A DNA stretch of 20,000 nucleotides from an uncultured virus (IMG/VR IMGVR_UViG_3300030333_004509) (IMGVR_UViG_3300030333_004509:50081-70080), one strand, 5' to 3'. Shown: positions 1-8,611, counted from the first letter of the stretch. Numbers and translations: made by a program. Notes: generated from the letters alone by a model not told the origin.

Positions 1-1
1 A

Positions 2-2707
2 ACTCAGCAAGGTGACGCCCAATGTGATAGCTGCCCGCTCAGGAACGGGGGGCCACTTTCGGAGGGAGAGTGGAAACCGGTGGGACCTGAGCTACACCAA
101 AGAGCGACCGTAATTGCAATTGCAGAGTCGCCCGGTCCCGAGGAGGTCGAGAGAGGCCGACCCCTTGTGGGCCGCTCTGGTGGTGAGTGGAACGATGCCC
201 TGCGTGCTGCGGGCAAGACTCGCCCCGAAGTGGACCTAACCCACGTAATCCTCTGCCGCCCACCAGGACAGTCTTCTGGTGCCTGGGGTCGGATGGAGAA
301 GAAGTTAGACAAGCTAAACAAGAAGCGAGAGAAAGACGGGCTGGACCCGCTGCCTCACCCGGCAGAGTGCTGTCGCCCTCGACTACTCGCTGAAGTATCA
401 AAGTACGATCACATCATCACGCTGGGTAAGACCGCCACTCGAGCTCTGACCGGCTCATCAGGATCCATCCAGGCTATGCGCGGTGGACCACTGTGGGTCG
501 ACGAAGACTGGCAGATCACGACAGACGATGACGCCAAGCTACGCCGAGTCATGCCGACTCTGCACCCCTCGTTTGTACTGCGCTCACCCAGCTGGCGTAA
601 CGTCTTGCACTCTGACATCGGTAAGGCTTTCCGTTGGTTCGGCGGGGCACTACGCTGGACTGAACCCGACATCCTATGGCGACCTTCACCCGAAGAGCTT
701 GAGGAGTGGCTTAGTCAACCAGCTCCTTTCTGGGCTTATGACGTGGAGACTGACGGTATCAACGCGCTCGAGTGCGGGTTGCGCACCTTGGCTATCGCCA
801 TCCCTGACATGGACGACCAAGGTCGAGTGGCTGACCCCACCATGGGTCGACAGGTCCACACGAACGCCAGGTCTGTAGGGTTGACATTCATGACTGTGAG
901 TGGGGTCGCATGGTTCGACACCGAGGAAGGCGCAGAGATCAAGGAGATCCTTCGACGGGCTTTCACTGATGGGCGTCCCTGGGTCGGACACAATGCCGGG
1001 TTCTTCGATCGACTGGTGATCGAGAACCACTTTGGTGTGACGCCATACCCCCTCATCGACACGCTCTTCCCCGCACGTTTCCGTGCACCTGACCTGCCCA
1101 AAGGTCTCAAGACTGTGGGTTCGGTACTCACCGACGTAGAGCGCTGGGAGAGTACAGAGAAGGGAACGAAGATCGCGACAGGCAGTGAAGACGACGATGA
1201 GCTGTTGCGTTACAACATCATTGACGCTGTAGTGAACGCACGTATCGTTCCTCCGCTTATCGTAGCTACTGAGAAAGCAGGCGCATTCCGCCCATGTAAC
1301 CCAGCGTTTCGTCCATCAGGTTGGCCCAGCCATAGACCCTGGGATCTCAACGAAGTGGATCACGCCACGCAGGAGATGTGTGTTGAGCTCCACAGGAACG
1401 GTATCTGGGTCGACCAGGCTAAGCGGCTAAGTCTCGAGGCAGAGTATGAGATCAGCGTTCAGCAACGACATAAACGGCTTAATGGTTTTATCGATGGAGT
1501 CCCCATCAATCCCGGTAGTGCTGATCAAATACGCGATCTACTGTATCGTCGTTGGGGCCTGGGCATACCACCTCAGATGGAAGCGAGAGACTTCTACACC
1601 GAGACTGGTGCCCCTGGAACAGGTGACGCTGTTCTCCGAGGACACTTAGCCAGCGGAAACTTGACGGCACAACAGGAAGAGTTCATACGTGAGCTGAGGT
1701 TGTACCGTAGAGAAAAGAACAAGATCTTAGGTACGGTGTTGATCCCGATGCGTCGACGAGACATCGACCTCAAGAAAGGCTTGGTCTGGGAAGACGGGCG
1801 TGTCCGCAGTAACTGGAACGCTCACGTCACCAGCGTAGGTAGGCTGTCCAGTAGTGGACCCAACCTCCAGAACATCGGTAACCGAAAGGGGCAGGGCAGG
1901 CTGAAGAGTATCTTCGCAGCACCACCTGGACGTGCTTACATCGGGGCTGACCTAGACCAGGCTCACCTGCGGATCACAGCCAACTACTGGCAGATACCAC
2001 GTCTACTCGAGTGCTTCGCGGAGAAGAAAGACCCGCACAACCTGCTGGCCTATGACGTATTCGGCTCGAAGTTTAAGAACGCTGATGGGTGGGGACCGGA
2101 AGGATTCAGCCTCAAGCGTAAGCCTACAAGCGGCTCAGCTAAAGCGATGCGTGATGTGATGAAGACGTTCCGCTATGCCTCGATCTACTGGGCAGATCCC
2201 ATGACCGTCTGGCAGGTGCTCACCTCAACGGAGACAAACGACGGCAAGATGCCGTACCTCAAGTTCGAGACTCGAGAGGTACGCCACTTCCATCGCAAGT
2301 GGTTGGAGGCTGAGCCTGAGTGGATGGATGCGTGGAACCGCATGCTCACGATCTACCGATACCAGAACTATATGGAGGAGCCTGTGCTGGGTAGGCGCAG
2401 CGGCGGGCTGAGTGACGGCAAGAAGAACGAGGTTGTTAACTTCCCGATCCTCGCCGCGGAGAGCTCGCTCATGCGACTGGCTGAGCAGGCTGTCATCGAA
2501 GCATTCCCGTTCCAGTTTGACGGGCCCGGCACTGGCATGATTCACCAGTGTCACGACAGTATCTGTGTCGAGGTCCCTGATGCAGGAGAAGAGCAGCTCG
2601 AGGAATGGCGCTGCATCGTAGAAGAATGCATGACAATCAAGGTGCCTGGCTGGGAGGTCGACCTGACTTCTGAGGCGGACATCGGACGAACACTAAAGGA
2701 TGTGTAA
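2..2707 (+). CDS. polA: Phage family A DNA polymerase with N-terminal family 4 UDG-like domain and 3'-5' exonuclease (5' partial)
   Basis: The frame is open upstream of the GTG at 80 to the window edge (TQQGDAQCDSCPL, the UDG4 Fe-S CxxC). UDG motifs: AESPGPEE..GRPLVGRSG, CRPP, LGKTA, HPSFVLR. Exo I/II/III: YDVETDG, GHNAGFFD, YNIIDA. Pol: GRLSSSGPNLQNI, motif A ADLDQAHLR, motif B RDVMKTFRYASIY, motif C QCHDSI. Confidence 0.95.
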   Translation, partial: TQQGDAQCDSCPLRNGGPLSEGEWKPVGPELHQRATVIAIAESPGPEEVERGRPLVGRSGGEWNDALRAAGKTRPEVDLTHVILCRPPGQSSGAWGRMEKKLDKLNKKREKDGLDPLPHPAECCRPRLLAEVSKYDHIITLGKTATRALTGSSGSIQAMRGGPLWVDEDWQITTDDDAKLRRVMPTLHPSFVLRSPSWRNVLHSDIGKAFRWFGGALRWTEPDILWRPSPEELEEWLSQPAPFWAYDVETDGINALECGLRTLAIAIPDMDDQGRVADPTMGRQVHTNARSVGLTFMTVSGVAWFDTEEGAEIKEILRRAFTDGRPWVGHNAGFFDRLVIENHFGVTPYPLIDTLFPARFRAPDLPKGLKTVGSVLTDVERWESTEKGTKIATGSEDDDELLRYNIIDAVVNARIVPPLIVATEKAGAFRPCNPAFRPSGWPSHRPWDLNEVDHATQEMCVELHRNGIWVDQAKRLSLEAEYEISVQQRHKRLNGFIDGVPINPGSADQIRDLLYRRWGLGIPPQMEARDFYTETGAPGTGDAVLRGHLASGNLTAQQEEFIRELRLYRREKNKILGTVLIPMRRRDIDLKKGLVWEDGRVRSNWNAHVTSVGRLSSSGPNLQNIGNRKGQGRLKSIFAAPPGRAYIGADLDQAHLRITANYWQIPRLLECFAEKKDPHNLLAYDVFGSKFKNADGWGPEGFSLKRKPTSGSAKAMRDVMKTFRYASIYWADPMTVWQVLTSTETNDGKMPYLKFETREVRHFHRKWLEAEPEWMDAWNRMLTIYRYQNYMEEPVLGRRSGGLSDGKKNEVVNFPILAAESSLMRLAEQAVIEAFPFQFDGPGTGMIHQCHDSICVEVPDAGEEQLEEWRCIVEECMTIKVPGWEVDLTSEADIGRTLKDV

Positions 2708-3159
2708 TGAGTACTGCAAGATGGTTCCTGGCGCATGACAAGTCGGTTGAGGAAGATCTCATCAACATGTGGGCCAAAGAACTAAAAGAACTGTTGGCTT
2801 CCCCCGGCTTTGAAGTCGAAGTAACTTCAGGTCGAGATGACTACATCGCTCGATCTGCAGCCTTGGGTGGCTGGGCTCGTTGGTGCGGTGATGTCCCGCA
2901 CGGTCGACGCTACGATGGTGATCCCATGTTCCATGGTGTAGTCGTACCCGTCAGTCCTGGTGACATGAAGCCGCTGGTCGGCAAGGCTACCTGTCAGATC
3001 GTCGCTGGCTTTATCAGCGAGATGAAGCACGCCTACACCTGGTGCCCCGCATCTGGTGAGTTTCAACGCATCGAAGATGTTCAAACGACTGACATGGACG
3101 ACTGGCGTGGCTGGGCTCAACTAATACTTGAGGTTGACGCCTCGTCACAATGTGAATAG
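2707..3159 (+). CDS. Hypothetical protein (150 aa), translationally coupled to the polymerase
   Basis: TAATG stop/start overlap with pol, upstream AAGGA SD-like sequence, globular composition. Confidence 0.85.
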   Translation: MSTARWFLAHDKSVEEDLINMWAKELKELLASPGFEVEVTSGRDDYIARSAALGGWARWCGDVPHGRRYDGDPMFHGVVVPVSPGDMKPLVGKATCQIVAGFISEMKHAYTWCPASGEFQRIEDVQTTDMDDWRGWAQLILEVDASSQCE

Positions 3160-3162
3160 TCT
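3134..3162 (+). promoter_or_regulatory. Sigma70-like promoter with a palindrome in the spacer
   Basis: TTGACG-N17-TAGTCT; spacer contains TCACA-A-TGTGA (3145-3155); followed by SD AAGGAGG and ATG 3192. Confidence 0.6.
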
Positions 3163-3191
3163 ACCAGTATCCTAAACTCAAGGAGGGATGA

Positions 3192-4946
3192 ATGTCTAAG
3201 ACACCTTCGCCTGATCCCTATGTCAGGCTCATAGAGAGCAACGTAAAGAGTCCCACGGGGGACTTCTGGAAGCTAGAGCTCAGTCCTCGAACGCTGCTCG
3301 TTGGCTCAAACACATCACATAAGAGCGCGGTTCTGCAGTCAGTAGAGCTGGCATTGACGGGTGCTGCCGATGATATTGTCGGTCGATCTGCTGTCAAGGA
3401 TGCGGGCTTGCTCATGACTCTGTCCCCAAGCGACACGCTTGAGACTACAGCTTGTTTCTCGGATGGGTCAGAAGCTTTCTTCCGCGTCAAGAGTGACGGC
3501 AAGAAAGTCAGCAAGCCAGAGCACGCTCACGATCTCGATACCAAGCAGAGCCTACTGCTGCGTCAGGTTCGCTCAGTGCTTGCCTCAGGCACAGATACCT
3601 CTCGCCGCGCGTTTCTCCGGTGGGTAGGTAGAAACCTACAGGAAGAAGACATCCTGGCTTTCGTACCGACAAACCTGCACTCTAAGTATCGCGACTGGGC
3701 TGAGCATATCCGCGGAGATGACCAGGTAGACACGCTTCTTAAGATCTACGATTACGCAGCCAAGAAGCAGAGAGACTTGGGTCGACAGGCACAGGCGGCT
3801 CGCGCTGTGGTGCAGAGTCTCAGTGAAGATGTTGAGCTGGGTGACAGTGCTCAAGTCGGACATCTTAAAGAGAAGATCAGCAATCACATCTCGTTGATGG
3901 CTCACGCCTACACGGGCAGTCACCTGCCGGAAGGATGGAAGCACGTCGATGTATCTAAGCAGGCAGTGAACTTTGCGATTGAACAGGACCTCGAGTCGTG
4001 TCCTCTGTGCGGCAGCAACGTAGGCAACGAGCACTTTCACCGAGTCCTGGATTACTACCTCAAGGCTTGCGAAGACGTGGATCGAACTGATCAAGCAGCT
4101 TACTTGTTTGAGAAGAATACGGAGCTTCAAGAGATGCTCAACCAGCTGGCTGATCTGTCGAATAAGCAGGGGCAGCGTAGCTCAATGATGGACACGCAGG
4201 CCAAGGTGATCGAGCTTACGCAAGAAGCTGAGAACTACAAGCTCTACAAGTCACAGCTGTCTGACACTGTACTTCAGCTACTTCGCTCTTCTTTTGTCCA
4301 AGACTTCTGTCTGCAAGTTAGCGAGTACCTACCAAAGAACTGGCGCTTCTCAGTCAGGCTCAACGAGGGTGACCGCCAGGTGTTCCGGGTAGGTCTGTAT
4401 GACTCCGAGTCTGGGCGTGTGCGCTGCGCTTTGTCCGGTGCTGAGTGGGCTACAGTCACATCAGCGCTGGCTATGTGCGTGGCCGATGGACTGCCGGAGA
4501 CTACACCTCGAGTGATTATTCCTGAGGATCGAGCTTGGGATAAGAAGACCTTGGCGGCTGTTATGCGGAGCTTTAACTCCTTCGATGGTCAGGTCCTGAT
4601 GGCGAGCACCATCCGACCGCAGGGTCGCACTCCCAAGGGCTGGACCATTATCGACATGGACCAGTGGCTGGAGGAAGAGATCGAAGGCTCAGCTGAGGCT
4701 GCGGATGAGCAAGCAGAGCTTAGCTCATGTCCCGTAGACACTGAACCTGAGCGACCAGTCTCGAGCAAGGGAGCGAAGATCCTTACCGGTCTTGGCTACG
4801 ACAAGGAGCAGATCACGCACATGAACGTGTCGACTGCTGCGGCTATCATCAAGCAAGGTTTGTTGGCTGAGTACACTCACATCAGCTCAGACGGCGGTTA
4901 TGAGTTCACTCAGAGCAGCAAGCTGATTAAGTTGCCAGAACAATGA
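3192..4946 (+). CDS. Rad50/SbcC/gp46-like ABC-type ATPase with zinc hook (degenerate motifs)
   Basis: Walker A-like LLVGSNTSHKS, coiled coils flanking a CPLCG hook, signature LSGAE, Walker B region VIIPEDRAWD, then QVLMAS; strong SD. Confidence 0.8.
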   Translation: MSKTPSPDPYVRLIESNVKSPTGDFWKLELSPRTLLVGSNTSHKSAVLQSVELALTGAADDIVGRSAVKDAGLLMTLSPSDTLETTACFSDGSEAFFRVKSDGKKVSKPEHAHDLDTKQSLLLRQVRSVLASGTDTSRRAFLRWVGRNLQEEDILAFVPTNLHSKYRDWAEHIRGDDQVDTLLKIYDYAAKKQRDLGRQAQAARAVVQSLSEDVELGDSAQVGHLKEKISNHISLMAHAYTGSHLPEGWKHVDVSKQAVNFAIEQDLESCPLCGSNVGNEHFHRVLDYYLKACEDVDRTDQAAYLFEKNTELQEMLNQLADLSNKQGQRSSMMDTQAKVIELTQEAENYKLYKSQLSDTVLQLLRSSFVQDFCLQVSEYLPKNWRFSVRLNEGDRQVFRVGLYDSESGRVRCALSGAEWATVTSALAMCVADGLPETTPRVIIPEDRAWDKKTLAAVMRSFNSFDGQVLMASTIRPQGRTPKGWTIIDMDQWLEEEIEGSAEAADEQAELSSCPVDTEPERPVSSKGAKILTGLGYDKEQITHMNVSTAAAIIKQGLLAEYTHISSDGGYEFTQSSKLIKLPEQ

Positions 4947-5176
4947 AATGCCCTGTCTGCAATCAGAAGACTGTCGTTTGCACCACTCGTACAAGCGACA
5001 GTCCGCGAGGTTACAAGGCGGCTCGTCTTGTAAAAGAGTCGGTGTCTTGGTACACCAGTGATTGGGTTGCTCGCATACGATCCTGCTCCAACTGCGGTTG
5101 GAGTGGGCCAACAGTCGAGCTTCCACTCGAGGATTTGAAGGGTGGTTGGAAACATGCCTACCCGCACAAACCTTGA
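4943..5176 (+). CDS. NrdR N-terminal/Ogr-like zinc-ribbon protein without ATP-cone
   Basis: MKCPVC..T.V..TR...VARIRSCSNCGW...TVE matches the NrdR zinc-ribbon pattern; ATGA overlap with the upstream gene. Confidence 0.75.
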   Translation: MKCPVCNQKTVVCTTRTSDSPRGYKAARLVKESVSWYTSDWVARIRSCSNCGWSGPTVELPLEDLKGGWKHAYPHKP

Positions 5177-5202
5177 CAGCATGGTCCGCGACTCGATAGA
5201 TT
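5173..5202 (+). promoter_or_regulatory. Sigma70-like promoter upstream of the helicase leader
   Basis: TTGACA-N18-TAGATT. Confidence 0.55.
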
Positions 5203-5211
5203 GATCGAACC

Positions 5212-5302
5212 CACCAGACTGCGCGGTCTGGTTCCTGTAACAAGGATTGGGTTTAGGGTTGCGTCATCCGTTTGAGCTCGGGCGGGTGGCGCATTTCCTT
5301 GT
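5212..5302 (+). other. Structured RNA leader or attenuator-like element before the helicase gene
   Basis: Hairpin ACCAGAC/GTCTGGT; outer stem ACAAGGA (5240-5246)/TCCTTGT (5296-5302) enclosing a 15-bp stem 5260-5293 with five G-U pairs. Confidence 0.5.
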
Positions 5303-5363
5303 CCCTCAGCGCACTTCTTTGATCCCCCCCTAACGGTACACTTCATGATCCCCGGAGTCCCTC

Positions 5364-7454
5364 ATGCCAGATACGGCGCAAGCCGATGGAGCTCAAGCTG
5401 AAAACCCTGAACCCATCTCAGCAATCGAAGCCCTTGAGAATCTACTAACTGCCGCGAGAGAACAGAACGCTGAAGCTCGCGACTCTGCCTGGTCCCAGAT
5501 CCAGGACCCTGATGTAATGGATGAGCTAGCTCGAGAGTGGCGCACATCCAGCGATCGGATCACCGCACTGATCTCAGCGCTTGAAACAACAAGAGGTCAG
5601 GCTCGTCGAGCCCGGACACTGCGTAACGCAATCAGGCGACTGGCTGAAGAGCGTGCTCGCCAGATGGCTGAGCAGTGGCTCAATGAACTACAAGAGGACA
5701 TGACCAGGCTACCTACCCTGGCCGAGGCGCTGAGCCTGGGCGGGCCGCCCGCGGGCGTAGTGGATCCCCTGGTCCTGGCGAACCTGCATGTACCTCGAGG
5801 ATTCCAGATCGAAGTCTCGGGAGTCTACCGATTGACTCCTGGGATGGACGGTGACATGCAGCGCACAAAGATCTGTTCCGCTCCGATGTTTATCTCAGGC
5901 CGGACCATCGATGTCCTTACCGGAGAAGCGAAACGTCAGGTTGTGTGGCGGGGGCCCAGTGGTTGGTGCTGCCGTGTCGTAGACAGGAGAACGATCCTTG
6001 ACGGCTCACGCATCATGTCCCTTGCGGATCTCGAGGCCCCGGTAAACTCAATCACAAGCGGACAGGTTATCACTTACCTGGCAGAGTTCGAGTCCGAGAA
6101 CAGTCACCGCTTCCCGGCAATCCGCTCAGCTTCGCGCATGGGCTGGCTCCCGGACGGCTCCTTTATCCTGCCGGACGTTCACTACACGCCGGACGATGAG
6201 CCCACCAGGTTCGCCTTGACCGCACCTCCCGGACTCGAGCAGCTATCCAAGGGTTGGGGCTCGGCAGGCACCTGGAACGAGTGGTGCAACGGTGTGCGCC
6301 AGATCTGTGAGTTCCCGCACATGATGATCTCCATCTATGCCGCGGCAGCTGCCCCGATCCTTACTGTCCTGCGCCTTCCCGGATTCGTCGTAGACTTCAG
6401 CGGCGAGACCAGCGGAGGTAAAACCACAGCTCTTCGTATGGCTGCGTCTGTGTGGGGTCGGCCCGCAGACAGTTATCCTACGGCGATGTATAGCTGGGAC
6501 GCCACCAAGGTCTGGATCGAGCGCACCACCGGCTACCTCCACAACCTGCCCTTGATTCTCGATGAGACCAAGCGCGTGCGTCATCCCCGGATGATTCGAG
6601 ATGTGATCTATGACTTCTGCCAGGGGCAGGGTCGAGGCCGCGGATCGGTCGACGGCACCAGGTCCATGGCATCCTGGCGCTCTGTCCTGATCAGCTCCGG
6701 CGAAGGTGCAGCCACCAGCTTCAGCCAAGATGCCGGAACTCGAGCTCGAGTCCTTAGCCTCAAAGGTAAGCCGTTGGGTAACAACGCAGAGGAAGGCGGC
6801 AAGATCAGCGAGAACATACAGGTGATTCTTTCGGATAACTACGGACACCTGGGCCGGAGGCTCGCTCATTACCTGGTCGCTAACACCGCAAACCATGACC
6901 AGATTCGGCAGGTCTTCAAGGAAGCTCGGGACCGGTACTCGAACATTGCACAGACTGCGGTAGCTCGTAGACACGCAGCTCACCTGGCTGTTCTCGAAGT
7001 AACCGCACAGATCGTTCATCAGCTTGACGTGCCTCGTCCGCTCGAGGATCCCTTCGCTCGACTGATCGAGGCCGCGGCGGACGCAGGCATCGACGCCGAC
7101 CGACCGTTCGCTGCGATGCAGGACATCGTGAGCTGGTGCGCAGCCAATCGCACACGGTTCTGGGGCCGACATGAGAGCACCTCCTTTGGCCCACGCACAC
7201 CCGGAAACGGTTGGGCTGGGGCCTGGTCAGACGAGGAGGGCTGGGAGTTCATCGCGATAACCACACTAACGCTTCGTCAGATTCTGGATGAGCTGGGCCA
7301 CCATCCTGACGAGGTGATCACCCGGTGGGACGAGAGAGGCTGGCTCTTCAGGGGACGAGGGCGAAACCGAACCAAGGTCGTGCGCGTGGATGGCTCCCCG
7401 ATCCGCTGCTACTGCATCGACCGGAGAGCTGCTGACCTGGCGCTGGATGACTGA
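5364..7454 (+). CDS. DUF927-domain, Cch-like replicative helicase/ATPase with a probable C-terminal winged helix
   Basis: DUF927-like RMGWLPDGSFILP and GTWNEW; Walker A GETSGGKTT; Walker B LILDE; GQGRGRG, LISSGE and RARVL motifs; C-terminal WDERGWL...VVRVDG..RCYCI. Confidence 0.88.
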   Translation: MPDTAQADGAQAENPEPISAIEALENLLTAAREQNAEARDSAWSQIQDPDVMDELAREWRTSSDRITALISALETTRGQARRARTLRNAIRRLAEERARQMAEQWLNELQEDMTRLPTLAEALSLGGPPAGVVDPLVLANLHVPRGFQIEVSGVYRLTPGMDGDMQRTKICSAPMFISGRTIDVLTGEAKRQVVWRGPSGWCCRVVDRRTILDGSRIMSLADLEAPVNSITSGQVITYLAEFESENSHRFPAIRSASRMGWLPDGSFILPDVHYTPDDEPTRFALTAPPGLEQLSKGWGSAGTWNEWCNGVRQICEFPHMMISIYAAAAAPILTVLRLPGFVVDFSGETSGGKTTALRMAASVWGRPADSYPTAMYSWDATKVWIERTTGYLHNLPLILDETKRVRHPRMIRDVIYDFCQGQGRGRGSVDGTRSMASWRSVLISSGEGAATSFSQDAGTRARVLSLKGKPLGNNAEEGGKISENIQVILSDNYGHLGRRLAHYLVANTANHDQIRQVFKEARDRYSNIAQTAVARRHAAHLAVLEVTAQIVHQLDVPRPLEDPFARLIEAAADAGIDADRPFAAMQDIVSWCAANRTRFWGRHESTSFGPRTPGNGWAGAWSDEEGWEFIAITTLTLRQILDELGHHPDEVITRWDERGWLFRGRGRNRTKVVRVDGSPIRCYCIDRRAADLALDD

Positions 7455-7655
7455 ATGCCAATCTACGAATACAAATGTGCGAAGTGCAACATCAGTATCG
7501 AACGACTCGTTCGTATGAATGAGACTGCTAAGCCAGACTGTCCGATGTGTAATGAAGAGATGAAGCGCATAATCAGTCAAACCAGCTTCGTCCTTAAGGG
7601 CGGAGGCTGGTTCGCTGATAGCTACTCCTCGAGCTCCGCGGACCCAAACAAGTAA
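7455..7655 (+). CDS. FmdB-family (CxxC_CxxC_SSSS) zinc-ribbon regulatory protein
   Basis: MPIYEYKCAKC...CPMC...KRIIS..SFVLKGGGW..DSY is the canonical pattern. Confidence 0.9.
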   Translation: MPIYEYKCAKCNISIERLVRMNETAKPDCPMCNEEMKRIISQTSFVLKGGGWFADSYSSSSADPNK

Positions 7656-7656
7656 C

Positions 7657-7935
7657 TCAGTACAAGTCTGGGTCTGCCTTTATCTGGTCAATCAACCTAC
7701 CCAGATACATGTTCGCTCGCCTTGTTCCCTTGATCTCTTCATCTGCATCCTGCGCGATTGCCACGCGCATACGCTCGGCCATGCCGGGACGGATTGCCTC
7801 GACGCAGAACAGCACCTCGTTCATCTTCTCGATCATGAACTCCAACTCTTGCTTCAAGTCGTCGCAGATTTGCTCCTGCAATCCAAGCTCATGGATGGCG
7901 TCTGCCATCGTTTCGATATGTTCTTCTAATCTCAT
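7657..7935 (-). CDS. Hypothetical protein (92 aa)
   Basis: SD AAGGAG upstream; last gene of the minus-strand operon, converging on the FmdB-like gene. Confidence 0.75.
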   Translation of the reverse strand: MRLEEHIETMADAIHELGLQEQICDDLKQELEFMIEKMNEVLFCVEAIRPGMAERMRVAIAQDADEEIKGTRRANMYLGRLIDQIKADPDLY

Positions 7936-8000
7936 GGGTTACGATTCTCCTTCGTTCATTAGTAGGAACGATTGGTAGGTCTGAAAGTGGACACGAACTT

Positions 8001-8252
8001 TTAGATTTTTCTTCGCACCTCCGCCAGCAGCTCATCTCGCTCGGCCTCCATCGCCTCAAGCTCCTCGACCCTGCGGAAGTACTGCTGACGCATCAAGCGG
8101 ATCTCACGCTTAAGCTCTTCGACCTCGCGCTCCTGCGCATCTACAAGCTCCTCGACCTCGGCCTTCAGCTTTCGGACTTGCATGTGCAGTTGTCCGTTCT
8201 CGGCCTCGACCTCCTCGTACCTGTCTGCCATCCTCATAAATGCGCTCATCAC
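8001..8252 (-). CDS. Coiled-coil hypothetical protein
   Basis: E/R/K-rich heptads; coupled via GGAAGGTAAGTGATG. Confidence 0.8.
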   Translation of the reverse strand: MMSAFMRMADRYEEVEAENGQLHMQVRKLKAEVEELVDAQEREVEELKREIRLMRQQYFRRVEELEAMEAERDELLAEVRRKI

Positions 8253-8611
8253 TTACCTTCCAACGAGTCAGCAAGCTGCTCGAGTTCTTCGATGATGTCT
8301 GCCGATGCGACTGCTCTGGTCCTTGTGCCGACAGCTGCTGCTGACGCGGCCCCGTTATCGAGCAGACCCTGCGCTCGATTGAGCACGCTAATCGTCCATT
8401 CGTCTCCCTTGTTAACCAGATCCCAGACTACCGAGTCAACGTCTTTGTACTCGGTGAGATCCAGCAGATCCTTCACAGACTCCTGCAAGAGATCGTACTC
8501 AAGCTCGACAGCATCGCACGCGAGGATCAGATCCTGCTTCCAGTCCGGCTTGCGGCTACCTGCCACCACATCACAGACACACTCGACCAGTCTTTGCATT
8601 GCTTCCATCAC
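8249..8611 (-). CDS. Hypothetical protein (120 aa)
   Basis: Coupled via GGAGGTGAGTGATG; acidic, helical. Confidence 0.8.
   Translation of the reverse strand: MMEAMQRLVECVCDVVAGSRKPDWKQDLILACDAVELEYDLLQESVKDLLDLTEYKDVDSVVWDLVNKGDEWTISVLNRAQGLLDNGAASAAAVGTRTRAVASADIIEELEQLADSLEGK

Noticed and set aside
80..82. GTG at 80 as the polymerase start
   Set aside because: The frame is open to the window edge and encodes the UDG Fe-S CxxC upstream, so the true start is outside the window.
2..2707. Assignment as DpoZ (Z-genome polymerase)
   Set aside because: No purZ, datZ or mazZ in the window and no diagnostic residues I can verify.
6243..7172. 309-aa antisense ORF and similar shadow ORFs (e.g. 8178..8696, 8599..9174, 15305..15955)
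   Set aside because: They lie opposite well-supported genes in GC-rich DNA and show no motifs or RBS.
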